In this document: in pieces, positions 35,745 through 46,254 of the stretch
Layout: each line of letters opens with the position of its first letter
Numbering within the stretch: position 1 is the first letter of the stretch
From: Mycobacteriales bacterium
Lineage (GTDB): Bacteria > Actinomycetota > Actinomycetes > Mycobacteriales > JBJMIH01
Direction of reading: 5' to 3'
Length of the DNA: 64,000 bases
Assembly: GCA_045806985.1 (NCBI GenBank)
Contig: JBJMIH010000081.1
Location: forward strand, 7,669 to 71,668
Program-made: the position numbers and the translations under genes
Notes under the pieces: generated by a model
What the model saw: the letters and a program-made list of their open reading frames with translations, nothing else
What the model was told of the DNA's origin: nothing
Databases searched by the model: none

Positions 35745-38567
35745 ATGCGGGTAAGGCTTCTCGGACCGGTGGACGTGGCGGTGGACGGCCAGTCACGACC
35801 GGTCAGTGGCCTGCGCCGGAAGGCGCTGCTCGCGGTGCTGGCACTGCACCACCGCGAGGTCGTCGGCATCGACCGCCTGATCGACGTCGTCTGGGCCGAC
35901 GACGCGCCGTCGACCGTGCTGAACACCCTGCAGAGCCACGTGTCCCACCTCCGGACGGAGCTGGCGGACAAGGCCGCCATCCAGGCCCGCGCACCGGGTT
36001 ACGTGCTGGACCTCGGCGAGGAGGCCATCGACGTCGAGGTCGCCGAGCGGCTGCTCCGGCAGGCCAGGGAGACCACCGACCGGACCCGGCAGGCCAGCCA
36101 CCTGCGAGCGGCGCTGGCGCTGTGGCGTGGCCGGCCGCTGGCCGACATCACCGGCCTGCCGGCGCTGGAGGAACAGGCCGAGCGCCTGGACCGGATCCGC
36201 TGGCAGGCCCGGCAGGAGCTGGTCGAAGCGCGGCTGGCGCTGGGCGAGCACGTGGCTCTCGTCCAGGAACTGCGACGGCTGGTCGATGACCACCCGTTCG
36301 ACGAGCAGCTGAACCGGCTGCTGATGCTCGCGCTGTACCGGGCCGGCCGGCAGACCGAGGCACTGGCGACCTACCACCGGCTGCGGCGGGCACTGGACGA
36401 GGACCTGGGCATCGACCCGGGGCCGGCGCTGCGCGAGCTGGAGGCGGCGATCCTGCGCCAGGACCCGGCGCTGGCGGTGCCGGACGCGCCGGCGCCGACC
36501 CGGGCGGCGGTCGCGGCACCCGCACCCGCGCCGGTCGCGCCGACCCGGGTGCCGGCCCAGCTGCCGCCCGCGACGCAGGGCTTCACCGGCCGCGACGACG
36601 CGCTCGCCGCCCTCGACGCGCTGCTGCCACCGGCCGGACCCGGCGGCGCGGTCGTCATCGCCGTGGTGTCCGGTACCGCCGGGGTCGGCAAGACCGCGCT
36701 GGCCGTGCAGTGGGCGCACCGGGTCGCCCACCACTACCCGGACGGCCAGCTGTACGTGAACCTGCGCGGCTTCGGCCCCGGACCGGCGCTGGACCCGGCC
36801 GTCGCGGTCAGGGGCTTCCTGGACGCGTTCGGCGTGGCCGTGGACGCGGTGGACAAGCTGCCAGCGGACCTGGCCGGGCAGACCGGGCTGTACCGCAGCC
36901 TGCTGGCCGGCAAGCGGGTACTGGTCGTGCTGGACAACGCCCGTGACGTGGCCCAGGTCCGCCCGCTGCTGCCCGGCGGCGCCACCAGCCTGGTCGTGGT
37001 GACCAGCCGCGACCAGCTCACTCCGCTGGTGGCGACCGAGGGCGCGTACCCGCTGCCGCTGGAGCTGCTGTCCACCGCCGAGGCGCGTGACCTGCTGGCC
37101 CGCCGGCTGGGCACCGCCCGCACCGCCGCCGAGCCGGACGCCGTCGAGGAGATCGTCACCCGCTGCGCGCGGCTGCCGCTGGCGTTGGCCATCGCCTCGG
37201 CCCGCGCCGCCACCCGCCCGCGGCTGCCGCTGGCCGCCCTGGCCACCGAGCTCAGCGAGGCGGCCGGCGGGCTGGACCCGTTCCACGCCGGCGACACCGC
37301 CACCGACGTGCGGGCCGTCTTCTCCTGGTCCTACCGCGCGCTGAACCCGGCGGCCGCGCGGCTGTTCCGGCTGCTGGGCCTGCATCCCGGCCCGGACGTC
37401 ACCGCGCCGGCCGCGGCCAGCCTCGGCGGCCGCGGCGACCACGACACCAGGCTGCTGCTGGCCGACCTGACCAGCGCGCACCTGCTCACCGAGCACGTAC
37501 CCGGCCGGTACACCTTCCACGACCTGCTCCGCGCGTACGCCGCCGAACTCGCCGCCGCCATCGACAGCGCCGACATCAGGGCCGCCGCCACGGACCGGAT
37601 GCTTGACCACTACACGCGCACGGCCGCGGCCTGCGCCACCCTGCTCAGCCCGCACTGGGACCCGCTGCCGCTGACCGATCCGCCCCGGGGCGTTGTCCCC
37701 GAGCGGATCGCCGACGGCGACGCGGCGCTGGCCTGGCTGACGGCCGAGCATCCGGTCCTGGTCGCCGCCGTCGCGCAGGCCGCCGGCTCCGGGTACGACA
37801 CGCACGCCTGGCAGCTGGCCAGGACGTTGGTGGACTACTTCGAGCGCCGCGGCCACTGGCACGACTGGACCAGCACGCACCGGGCCGGCCTGGACGCCGC
37901 CCGCCGGCTCGGCGACCCGCTCGCCGCGGCGCAGCTGCACCGCGGGCTGGGCCGCGCCTTCATGTGGCAGGGCCGCTACGACGACGCGTGGAACCACTTC
38001 CAGCAGGGGCTGGCGGAGTTCCAGCGGCTCGGCGACGGGTACGGCCAGGCCCGCACCCACCACAACCTCACCCAGCTGGCGGAGATGCAGGGCCAGCACC
38101 GGACCGCGCTCAGCCACGCCGGGCAGGCCATGGCGCTGTGCCGGGTGCTCGGCGACAAGGCGGGGCTCGCCAAGGAGCTCAACGCGATGGGCTGGTGCCT
38201 GGCCCTGCTCGGCGACCACCGCCAGGCCCTCGTGCACTGCGAGGAGGCGCTCGCCATCCAGCAGGAGCTCGGCGACCTGTCGCAGCAGCACGCGACGCTC
38301 GACAGCATCGGGTACGCCCACCACCACCTCGGCCACCACCGCGAGGCCGTCGAGCGCTACCGGCAGGCCCTGGCCATCAGCCGCGAGCTGGGCGACCGGT
38401 ACACGCAGGCCAAGTCCCTGACCCACCTCGGCGACGCGCACCTCGCCGGCGGCGATCCCGGCGCGGCGCGCGAGGCGTGGCGGCAGGCGCTGGACATCTT
38501 CACCGAGATCGCGAACGTCGAGGCCGCGGACGTCCGCGCGAGGCTCCAGCAGACATCTGAAGTATGA
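35745..38567 (+). CDS. AfsR/SARP family regulator (wHTH-BTAD-NB-ARC-TPR)
   Basis: MRVRLLGPV, LALYRAGRQ, GTAGVGKT, VLDNA, LPLALAI, FHDLLR, TPR tail. Confidence 0.93.
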   Translation: MRVRLLGPVDVAVDGQSRPVSGLRRKALLAVLALHHREVVGIDRLIDVVWADDAPSTVLNTLQSHVSHLRTELADKAAIQARAPGYVLDLGEEAIDVEVAERLLRQARETTDRTRQASHLRAALALWRGRPLADITGLPALEEQAERLDRIRWQARQELVEARLALGEHVALVQELRRLVDDHPFDEQLNRLLMLALYRAGRQTEALATYHRLRRALDEDLGIDPGPALRELEAAILRQDPALAVPDAPAPTRAAVAAPAPAPVAPTRVPAQLPPATQGFTGRDDALAALDALLPPAGPGGAVVIAVVSGTAGVGKTALAVQWAHRVAHHYPDGQLYVNLRGFGPGPALDPAVAVRGFLDAFGVAVDAVDKLPADLAGQTGLYRSLLAGKRVLVVLDNARDVAQVRPLLPGGATSLVVVTSRDQLTPLVATEGAYPLPLELLSTAEARDLLARRLGTARTAAEPDAVEEIVTRCARLPLALAIASARAATRPRLPLAALATELSEAAGGLDPFHAGDTATDVRAVFSWSYRALNPAAARLFRLLGLHPGPDVTAPAAASLGGRGDHDTRLLLADLTSAHLLTEHVPGRYTFHDLLRAYAAELAAAIDSADIRAAATDRMLDHYTRTAAACATLLSPHWDPLPLTDPPRGVVPERIADGDAALAWLTAEHPVLVAAVAQAAGSGYDTHAWQLARTLVDYFERRGHWHDWTSTHRAGLDAARRLGDPLAAAQLHRGLGRAFMWQGRYDDAWNHFQQGLAEFQRLGDGYGQARTHHNLTQLAEMQGQHRTALSHAGQAMALCRVLGDKAGLAKELNAMGWCLALLGDHRQALVHCEEALAIQQELGDLSQQHATLDSIGYAHHHLGHHREAVERYRQALAISRELGDRYTQAKSLTHLGDAHLAGGDPGAAREAWRQALDIFTEIANVEAADVRARLQQTSEV

Positions 38568-38616
38568 GGGTGCTGCCGGTCAAGGCCGGCTGACTTTGTC
38601 CCGCTTTGGAGACCCA

Positions 38617-38646
38617 TTGACACTCTGTACCTGGCGATCGTACGTT
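38617..38646 (+). promoter_or_regulatory. Housekeeping-type promoter of the GH28 gene
   Basis: TTGACA-N18-TACGTT. Confidence 0.6.
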
Positions 38647-38693
38647 CCGCCAGGTCAAGACCTCTGATGAATCGGCCCCGAGAGGACAGTGTT

Positions 38694-40301
38694 GTGGGCA
38701 ATTCGTTGAGTCGCCGTCGTGTCGTCACCCTGGGCGCGGGGGCGGCCGCCGCGCTGCCGCTGGCCGGCGCCGCCGTCACCACCACCGCGGGCCCGGCCGC
38801 CGCGGAGCCGTACGGCTTCGGGAACGCGCCCGGCCGCGTCTTCGATGTCAGGCAGTTCGGCGCCAAGGGTGACGGCGTCACCATCGACACCCGCGCCATC
38901 AACCGCGCGATCGACGCCGCCGCGGCGGCGGGCAAGGGGCACGGCGGCGGGCCTGGCGGCACCGTCTACTTCCCCGCCGGCACGTACGCCAGCTACTCCA
39001 TCCATCTCAGGAGCAACGTCGCGCTGTACCTCGCGGCGAACGCCACCATCCTCGGCGCCACCCCCGCCAACGGCCAGGGCTACGACCCGGCCGAGCCCGG
39101 CGCCGGCAACAACTTCCAGGACTTCGGGCACAGCCACTGGCACAACAGCCTGATCTGGGGCGAGGGCCTGGAGAACATCTGGATCTACGGCCCCGGCAAG
39201 ATCGACGGCAAGGGCCTGATCCGCAGCGGGAGCCAGGAATCCGCGCCGTTGCAGGGCAACAAGGCCATCGCGCTGAAGCTGTGCCGCAACGTCGCCATCC
39301 ACGACATCACCATCGTCAACGGCGGCCACTTCGGCATCCTGCCCACCGGTGTCGACAACTTCCGGATCGACAGCGTGGTGATCGACACCAACCGGGACGG
39401 CATCAACGTCGACTGCTGCAAGAACGTCCGGATCTCCAACACGACCGTCAACTCCCCGAACGACGACGCCATCGTGCTGAAGTCGTCCTACGCGCTCAAC
39501 GAGGCCAGGGCCACCGAGAACGTCACCATCGACAACTGCTTCGTCAGCGGGTACGACCTCGGCACGCTGGTCGACGGCACGTTCAAGACGTCCTCCACGT
39601 ACGGGCGGACCGGCCGGGTCAAGTTCGGCACCGAATCCAACGGCGGGTTCCGCAACATCGCCATCTCCAACGTCATCTTCGAGTACTGCCGCGGGCTCGC
39701 CCTGGAGACCGTGGACGGCGGGCTGCTCGAGGACGTGACGATCAGCAACCTCACCATGCGCAACGTGCAGATGCCGATCTTCATGCGGCTCGGCGCCCGG
39801 ATGCGCGGCCCGGCCGGGGTCCCGGTCGGCGCGCTCCGGCGGGTCAGCATCAGCAACGTCATCGCGCACAACTCCGACCCGCGGTACCCGTCCTGCATCG
39901 CCGGCATCCCCGGCCACGACATCGAGGACGTGCGGATCAGCGACGTGCGCCACCACCTGGTCGGCGGCCTGACGCCCGGCGACGCGGTGGCGGACCCGCC
40001 GGAGGCGATCGACGCCTACCCGGAGCCGACCATGTTCGGGACCCTGCCGGCGTACGGGTTCTTCATCCGGCACGCTCGCGGTGTCACGCTCGACAACGTC
40101 GAGGTCCGGTACGAACAGCAGGACACCAGGCCGGCGTTCACCGTACGGAACGCCACCGACACCGATTTCCACCACACCAGGGCGGACAAGGCGGCGGGCG
40201 CGCCGACGTTCGCGCTCGACAGCGTCGACGAGTTCCTGCTGACCGTCAGCCGGCCGGTCGCCGACGCGCACTTCGACCACGTCGACCACCAGGAACTGTA
40301 A
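38694..40301 (+). CDS. Tat-secreted GH28 pectin-degrading glycoside hydrolase
   Basis: SRRR Tat motif; FGAKGDG, NRDG, DDAIVLK, KFGTES. Confidence 0.88.
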   Translation: MGNSLSRRRVVTLGAGAAAALPLAGAAVTTTAGPAAAEPYGFGNAPGRVFDVRQFGAKGDGVTIDTRAINRAIDAAAAAGKGHGGGPGGTVYFPAGTYASYSIHLRSNVALYLAANATILGATPANGQGYDPAEPGAGNNFQDFGHSHWHNSLIWGEGLENIWIYGPGKIDGKGLIRSGSQESAPLQGNKAIALKLCRNVAIHDITIVNGGHFGILPTGVDNFRIDSVVIDTNRDGINVDCCKNVRISNTTVNSPNDDAIVLKSSYALNEARATENVTIDNCFVSGYDLGTLVDGTFKTSSTYGRTGRVKFGTESNGGFRNIAISNVIFEYCRGLALETVDGGLLEDVTISNLTMRNVQMPIFMRLGARMRGPAGVPVGALRRVSISNVIAHNSDPRYPSCIAGIPGHDIEDVRISDVRHHLVGGLTPGDAVADPPEAIDAYPEPTMFGTLPAYGFFIRHARGVTLDNVEVRYEQQDTRPAFTVRNATDTDFHHTRADKAAGAPTFALDSVDEFLLTVSRPVADAHFDHVDHQEL

Positions 40302-40331
40302 ACCTTTTCAGTGCGGGCGCGCCGCCGCCGG

Positions 40332-41102
40332 TCACTCGGCGGCGGACACCCACGGCGGCGGGCCCTCGGGGCGCAGGACGTGCGTGTCGAACAGGACGGC
40401 CGACTCGACCCCGAGGGCCTTCCCGCCCAGCCCCGCCATCCAGGTGAGGAACTGCTCGATCATCGCCTCCATCTGTACGCCCTTGTTGTACTCCGCGTGC
40501 GCCTGGAGCGAGGCGATGCAGCGGCGCAGCGGCTCGCCGGTGACGTCCACCCCGTGCGTCGGCGTGTCGCCGCCGGCGTAGCAGACGTACCGCACCCCGT
40601 CCCACGGCTCGAGGCCCTCGTCGAGCAGCTCGGGGAAGATCCACCGGTTGCCGGCGTCGCGGGCCGCGTCCAGCGTGGCCAGCCCGACGACCCGGTGGTC
40701 GGCCTGGTTGGCGAAGTTGCCCATGGACCTCATCCGGATCTCGTACGGGCCCGACACCACGATCTCGGGACGGTGCCGGCGGATCGCCCTGGCGATGTCG
40801 CGGCGCAGCGGCAACCCGCCCTCGACAACGCCGTCCCGGTGGTCGAGGAACTCCACCACGTCCACGCCGACCTCGCGGGCCCCGGCCCGCTCCTCGGCCT
40901 CGCGCAGCGGGCCGGCCTGGTCGGGGTGGATGCCGTCGATCCCGGCCTCGCCCCGGGTGGCCAGCAGGTACGTGACCCGCTTGCCCTGCGCGGTCCAGCG
41001 GGCGACCGCGCCCGCGGTCCCGTACTCGATGTCATCAGGGTGCGCGGCCACCACCAGGCAGCGCTCCCAGTTCTCCGGCAACTCCGGCAACAGCTCCGTC
41101 AC
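40332..41102 (-). CDS. PIG-L family deacetylase
   Basis: AHPDDIE, TRGEAG, QADH. Confidence 0.88.
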   Translation of the reverse strand: MTELLPELPENWERCLVVAAHPDDIEYGTAGAVARWTAQGKRVTYLLATRGEAGIDGIHPDQAGPLREAEERAGAREVGVDVVEFLDHRDGVVEGGLPLRRDIARAIRRHRPEIVVSGPYEIRMRSMGNFANQADHRVVGLATLDAARDAGNRWIFPELLDEGLEPWDGVRYVCYAGGDTPTHGVDVTGEPLRRCIASLQAHAEYNKGVQMEAMIEQFLTWMAGLGGKALGVESAVLFDTHVLRPEGPPPWVSAAE

Positions 41103-41112
41103 GGCGCCGACC

Positions 41113-41736
41113 CTACCGGGTTGCCCCCGCCGCGAACCCCGCAATTGTCGCGACCAGCGCCGCCAGGTGCGGCGCGAAGCCCGGCACCGGCGGCTCCGGG
41201 CAACCGTTCAGCTCCACCGCGTCCGGCAGTACGCCGAGCAGCCGGTCGACGGTACGCCGCTGGTGGGAGGGGTTCTCCGGCACCGAAGGCAGCACCCCGA
41301 CCGGCATCGGCAACCCGGCCAGCTCCGCGTCGGTCACCCCGCGCAACGTGTCACCGCCGAGCAACGCCTCGATCACCTCCGGCGGCGCGCCGAGCCCCGC
41401 CAGCCGCTCCCGGCTCCGCGCGTCCACCTCCGGGTCCCCCGCCGTACCCGGCCAGGCCAGCAACAACCGGCTCACCCGGTCCGGGTGCGCCAGCGTCACC
41501 CGCACCGCCGCCGAGCACCCGTACGACCCGCCCACCACCACCGCCGGCTCCGCCGGCAACGCCCGCGCCAACACGCCGACCTCGGCCCCCCAACCGGGCG
41601 GCCGGCGCACCCGATCCGGAGCCACCACGTCAACCCCCGCCTCGACCAACCCCGCCACCACCCCCGTACGCCCCCAGAAGAACTCCCCGTCCACGTCCTG
41701 CCAGAACCCCCCCTGCACCAGCACCACCGTCGCCAT
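41113..41736 (-). CDS. Alpha/beta-hydrolase fold protein
   Basis: GGSYG nucleophile elbow, LLLAWP. Confidence 0.65.
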   Translation of the reverse strand: MATVVLVQGGFWQDVDGEFFWGRTGVVAGLVEAGVDVVAPDRVRRPPGWGAEVGVLARALPAEPAVVVGGSYGCSAAVRVTLAHPDRVSRLLLAWPGTAGDPEVDARSRERLAGLGAPPEVIEALLGGDTLRGVTDAELAGLPMPVGVLPSVPENPSHQRRTVDRLLGVLPDAVELNGCPEPPVPGFAPHLAALVATIAGFAAGATR

Positions 41737-41751
41737 GTCCGCTTATCCCCC

Positions 41752-42303
41752 TCACAACAATCCGTGCTGCCGGACGTACGGCTCGAACTGGGTACCGGTA
41801 CAAGGCAGGCGCAGTTCAGCCCGCCGAAGCTCATCGACGAGGCCGGCCGCCCCAGCGAGACTGAGCTTTCCCGAGCGACACGCACGGGCCATCAACCAGA
41901 TGTTTCCATGCACGGAAGGCAGATATTTGCGAGCCGCCTTTACGGCCTTCTGGTCGTCGCAGATGGCCGTCGCCTTGAGACGTTCGGCAGTCGCGAAGAC
42001 GCTCGCCTCGCCTCGATCGCGGCGACCGGAACCTACCCGTCGCACCCACTGCGCGAAACGCTCGATCTCGTCGTAGGTGGTTCCCTGCGCGACGCGCAAC
42101 CAGTCCAGTTCAAGCGCGTTCTGTATGGCGGGATGCGCTTCCACCCCATCGAGCAGCTCATGCTGCACGACGACGGTTGTCCAGCACTCATCGGAGAGCA
42201 GGAGGTCATGCAGTACATCGAGCCTGTCAGCGCGGGCGAAGTGATTCAGAGACATCGCATCGAGCACGAATGTCCCAGGTGACGAGGGGCATTGAGAGGT
42301 CAC
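41752..42303 (-). CDS. PIN-domain-like protein (DUF3368-like), putative toxin
   Basis: FVLDAMSL, VQHEL, DRGEAS, ICDD acidic motif set; GTGA coupling to the upstream gene; exact start uncertain. Confidence 0.7.
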   Translation of the reverse strand: MTSQCPSSPGTFVLDAMSLNHFARADRLDVLHDLLLSDECWTTVVVQHELLDGVEAHPAIQNALELDWLRVAQGTTYDEIERFAQWVRRVGSGRRDRGEASVFATAERLKATAICDDQKAVKAARKYLPSVHGNIWLMARACRSGKLSLAGAAGLVDELRRAELRLPCTGTQFEPYVRQHGLL

Positions 42304-43403
42304 GGTTCGATGTCTGTGTCGTCACCGGGAGGCAAGTCGTCCTGGCTGATCTGGCCGTGCATCAGCTCTACGGCGCGTGCGCTCGTAATGAAGTCCTGCT
42401 GCCAGGCCTGCATCACCGCGTGGGCGAAGAGGGGAGGTACCCGCACGGATTGCAGGTCCGGCTGAGGCGTCCATCCAACGGCTTCCATGAATTCCGCATA
42501 GGTTGGGTTGGACACAGCCCACCTGCGACGCATTCCTGCCTTCAGGACATTGGCCTCGTCCGCCTGGGCCAGCGTCAGTGACCATGATGTCCGGTACCGA
42601 GCGGCGAGACCGACGAGCGCGGTGCGAGAGATCGTGCCCTTGGTAGCCGCCGATCTCACGGCCTTCCTGGGCAGCAGCAGTTCGGCGGCGAAAGCGTCGA
42701 TCATCATCTCCCGATCGGCGCGGGAGGCGTGTACCCCGATGTCGCTGGAGTACTCATCACCGAGAATGAGATGGCCCAGTTCGTGCGCGGCGGTCGCTCG
42801 CCGACGGCCCGGATCACGATGAAGGCTGACCACGGCGACGGCGAGGTCGCCGTCAATCAGTGATGCGCCTTCCCCGGGAAGCTCTGTGACGAGGATAAAC
42901 TGGCCAGCCTTTTCGCAAACGTCGATGAGGCTCTCGATCGGCTCGTCTCCGAGTTCCAATTGAGCCCGCACCCACAGTGCGGCCTGGCGCGCCGCATCCC
43001 GAGACTCCGCCGTACCCGGATGCCTCAGGAATGCCCGCGGCCCCAGGAATCCCAAGTCAGCCATTTGCCGGACATCCTCCAGCCAGTCCACCAGCGCCAG
43101 CTCGAGAAGTTTGGACTCGCGGCCCGCCTCGCTGGTGGAATCCTCGGCGAGTGCGAGAACGTCGGCGCGGTGGGAGAGGACCTGCGGCTGGGGCCGTAGG
43201 AGCTGGCTCATGGACACCTGGAGGACGTCCGACAACCTTGCCAGCTCAAGGGCGTCGATACGACGGCTTCCGGCTTCGATCTTGGCGATCATGCTGCGGT
43301 CGAGACCAACCCGCTCACCCAGCTTGGTCTGCGACAGGCCATGGGCCAGCCGCGCCTGGCGAACCCGCTCGCCGACGTCTGCCCAACCCTGATCTTCCGT
43401 CAC
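42300..43403 (-). CDS. XRE HTH fused to an ImmA/IrrE zinc metallopeptidase
   Basis: N-terminal HTH (LSQTKLGERVGLDRSMIAKIEAG); RATAAHELGH; DAFAAELLLP. Confidence 0.9.
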   Translation of the reverse strand: MTEDQGWADVGERVRQARLAHGLSQTKLGERVGLDRSMIAKIEAGSRRIDALELARLSDVLQVSMSQLLRPQPQVLSHRADVLALAEDSTSEAGRESKLLELALVDWLEDVRQMADLGFLGPRAFLRHPGTAESRDAARQAALWVRAQLELGDEPIESLIDVCEKAGQFILVTELPGEGASLIDGDLAVAVVSLHRDPGRRRATAAHELGHLILGDEYSSDIGVHASRADREMMIDAFAAELLLPRKAVRSAATKGTISRTALVGLAARYRTSWSLTLAQADEANVLKAGMRRRWAVSNPTYAEFMEAVGWTPQPDLQSVRVPPLFAHAVMQAWQQDFITSARAVELMHGQISQDDLPPGDDTDIEP

Positions 43404-43498
43404 ACGTGCGATTATCGCACATCGACGGGAGGATTCTCAGGTGGTGTCGAGGTTGAGGGGGTAGAAGAGTCTGGGTACCGAGTAGCGACGGAGGTGGG

Positions 43499-44218
43499 AT
43501 GAGGGCGCCACCCGAGGTGCAGCGGCCGACCAGGGTGTTGGTGGTGGATGACGAGCCGAACATCCGGCGGTTGCTGTCGCAGACGTTCCGCATGATCGGG
43601 TTCGAGGTGCGTACCGCCGATGGCGGGGTGGACGCGCTGGTGGGGGCCGAGGAGTTCGACCCCGACCTGGTCGTGCTCGACGTGATGATGGCGGACCTGG
43701 ACGGTTTCGAGGTGACCCGGCGGCTGCGGGCGTCCGGGCGCGAGGTGCCGGTGCTGTTCCTCACCGCCAGGGACACCGTGCAGGACCGGGTGTCCGGGCT
43801 GATCGCCGGGGCGGACGACTACGTGGCCAAGCCGTTCAGCCTGGAGGAGCTGGTACTGCGGGCGCGGGCGATCCTGCGCCGCAGCCGGGGCGAGCCGTCC
43901 GGGGCGGGCGACGCCGTGCTCCGGTACGCCGATCTGGAACTGGACGACGAGGCCCACGAGGTACGCCGGGCCGGCCGGCTGGTCGAGCTGTCGCCCACCG
44001 AGTTCAACCTGCTCCGGTACCTGCTCACCAACGCCGGCCGGGTGCTCAGCAAGACCCAGATTCTCGACCAGGTGTGGAAGTACGACTTCGGCGGCGACGG
44101 GCGCATCGTCGAGTGCTACATCTACTACCTGCGCCGCAAGATCGACACCGAGGGCCCGCCACTGATTCACACGGTCCGTGGTGTGGGGTACACGCTGCGC
44201 GTTCCCCGCGGGTCATGA
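43499..44218 (+). CDS. OmpR family response regulator
   Basis: VVDDE, LDVMM, FLTA, KPF, TVRGVGY. Confidence 0.95.
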   Translation: MRAPPEVQRPTRVLVVDDEPNIRRLLSQTFRMIGFEVRTADGGVDALVGAEEFDPDLVVLDVMMADLDGFEVTRRLRASGREVPVLFLTARDTVQDRVSGLIAGADDYVAKPFSLEELVLRARAILRRSRGEPSGAGDAVLRYADLELDDEAHEVRRAGRLVELSPTEFNLLRYLLTNAGRVLSKTQILDQVWKYDFGGDGRIVECYIYYLRRKIDTEGPPLIHTVRGVGYTLRVPRGS

Positions 44219-45666
44219 GAGCGCCGCGCCGCTGGGGCCACTGGACCCTGCGCGCCCGGCTGGTGGTGGCGATCGCGGTGCTCACCGGTACCGCGCTGGT
44301 CGCGGCCGACGCGGCGGGCTGGCTCCTGCTGCGCGACCAGCTCACCAACCGGCTCGACCGCCAGCTCCGGCTCACCAGCCGGCTGGCGAACGTGGCGGTC
44401 ACGCCGGGCACCGACCAGCAGATCGGGTCGAAACTCCGGTCGGCGGCCGGCAAGCTGGGACAGCGGCCCGCCGCCGACACCCGGGTCTACTTCTACGACG
44501 CCGACGGCAGGCTCGCCGCGTCCCTGCCGGCGCCCAGCGAGTCGCGCCCGCGGCTGGGCGCGTACCGGGACCTGGCGGCCCATGCCGGTGACGGCCCGTA
44601 CACGGTCGCGGACGCGGGCGGAGGCGCGTCCTGGCGGGTCAAGGTCACCGCCCGCGAGCAGGGCGGCCTGGTGGTGGCCGCGCTGTCGCTGGACCAGGTG
44701 GAGGCCACCAGCGAGCGGCTGCTGGCGATCGACGCCGTCGTCACCGCGCTGGTGCTGCTGTTCCTCGGCGCCGCCGCGGCCTGGGTGGTACGCCTCGGTA
44801 TGCGCCCGTTGACCCGGATGGAGCGCACCGCCACCCAGATCGCCGACGGCGACCTGTCGCTGCGGGTGCCGGACGCCGACCCCTACACCGAGGCCGGCCG
44901 CCTCGGCTCGGCCATGAACGTCATGCTCACCAGGGTCCAGTCCGAGATGGCCGCCCGGGTCGCCTCCGAGCAGCGGCTGCGCCAGTTCCTCGCCGACGCC
45001 TCGCACGAGCTGCGCACGCCGCTGACCTCGATCCGTGGCTTCGCCGAGCTGTCCAGGCGGAACGGCGCCGCCGTCGATCCCGCCGTGACCGAGGCCATCC
45101 GCCTCATCGAGGACGAGGCCGCGCGGATGGGCCTGCTGGTCGACGACCTGCTCCTGCTGGCCAGGCTGAACGAGGAGCGGCCGATCGCCCGCCACCCGGT
45201 GGACCTGCTGGCGGTGGCCGCCGACACGGTCCGCGACGCGCACGCCCGCAGCCCGGACCGGCGGGTACGGCTGGCCGCGCTGGACGACCGCCTTGTGTTC
45301 GAGCCGGTCACGGTCCTGGGGGACGAGCCCCGGCTCCGCCAGGTGGCGGCGAACCTGGTGGTCAACGCGCTGGTCCACACCCCGCCGGACGCCGAGGTGG
45401 TGGTACGCGTGGGCGCCGAGGGCGCCGAGGCGGTGCTGGAGGTGGCCGACACCGGCCCCGGCGTACCGCCGGAGCACGCCGAGCGGATCTTCGAGCGGTT
45501 CCACCGCGTCGGCCCGGAACACTCCCGCAAGGACGGCGGTACCGGCCTCGGCCTGCCCATCGTCGCCGCCATCACCGCCGCCCACGGCGGCAGGGTGGAA
45601 CTGGTGAGCGCGCCGGGCCGCGGCGCCACCTTCCGCGTCGTGCTGCCGGTTCCCAGCTCGCTCTGA
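44215..45666 (+). CDS. Sensor histidine kinase with HAMP domain
   Basis: Two TMs, ASHELRTPL, DTGPG, GTGLGL; ATGA overlap. Confidence 0.95.
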   Translation: MRAPRRWGHWTLRARLVVAIAVLTGTALVAADAAGWLLLRDQLTNRLDRQLRLTSRLANVAVTPGTDQQIGSKLRSAAGKLGQRPAADTRVYFYDADGRLAASLPAPSESRPRLGAYRDLAAHAGDGPYTVADAGGGASWRVKVTAREQGGLVVAALSLDQVEATSERLLAIDAVVTALVLLFLGAAAAWVVRLGMRPLTRMERTATQIADGDLSLRVPDADPYTEAGRLGSAMNVMLTRVQSEMAARVASEQRLRQFLADASHELRTPLTSIRGFAELSRRNGAAVDPAVTEAIRLIEDEAARMGLLVDDLLLLARLNEERPIARHPVDLLAVAADTVRDAHARSPDRRVRLAALDDRLVFEPVTVLGDEPRLRQVAANLVVNALVHTPPDAEVVVRVGAEGAEAVLEVADTGPGVPPEHAERIFERFHRVGPEHSRKDGGTGLGLPIVAAITAAHGGRVELVSAPGRGATFRVVLPVPSSL

Positions 45667-45744
45667 GGTGACCTCGGGCTCGCGTCGAGCCCGGCCGCCC
45701 ACCATCGGCCCTGTCAGCAGGTGACAGGAACGAAGGAGTGTGGG

Positions 45745-46254
45745 ATGCCACGACCCAGACTGGCATGGGCGGCAGTGGTCCCGGTGTTGATGCTGTGCCT
45801 CGCGGCCGGCTGCGGCGGGTCCTCGGGCGACAACGGCGTGCCGTCCGCGAACGGCGGCAAGGCCAAGCCGACCCCGTCGGCGAGTTACGACGGGCGCAAG
45901 TTCGCCCAGTGCATGCGCGACCACGGCATCCAGATGCAGGATCCGGACCCGAACGGCGGCGGCGGGCTGCGGAAGCTGGCCCGCAACCAGAACCCGGACA
46001 CGCTGAGCAAGGCGCTGGACGCCTGCCGCAACCTGGCGCCGCAGGCGCTGCAGAACCCGGACGACCCGAAGATCCAGGAGGCGTTCCGGAAGTTCGCCCA
46101 GTGCATGCGGGCGCACGGCGTCAACGTGCCGGACCCGGATCCCGCGCTCGGCGGCCTCGGCTTCCCCAGCGGCACGTTCGACACCGCCGACCCGGCCTTC
46201 GGCAAGGCGTACAGCGCGTGCCGGAGCAACCTGGCGGGGGTGAGGGGCAAGTGA
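45745..46254 (+). CDS. Lipoprotein with duplicated FAQCMRxHG repeats
   Basis: LAAGC lipobox; two KFAQCMR.HG..PDP repeats. Confidence 0.85.
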   Translation: MPRPRLAWAAVVPVLMLCLAAGCGGSSGDNGVPSANGGKAKPTPSASYDGRKFAQCMRDHGIQMQDPDPNGGGGLRKLARNQNPDTLSKALDACRNLAPQALQNPDDPKIQEAFRKFAQCMRAHGVNVPDPDPALGGLGFPSGTFDTADPAFGKAYSACRSNLAGVRGK

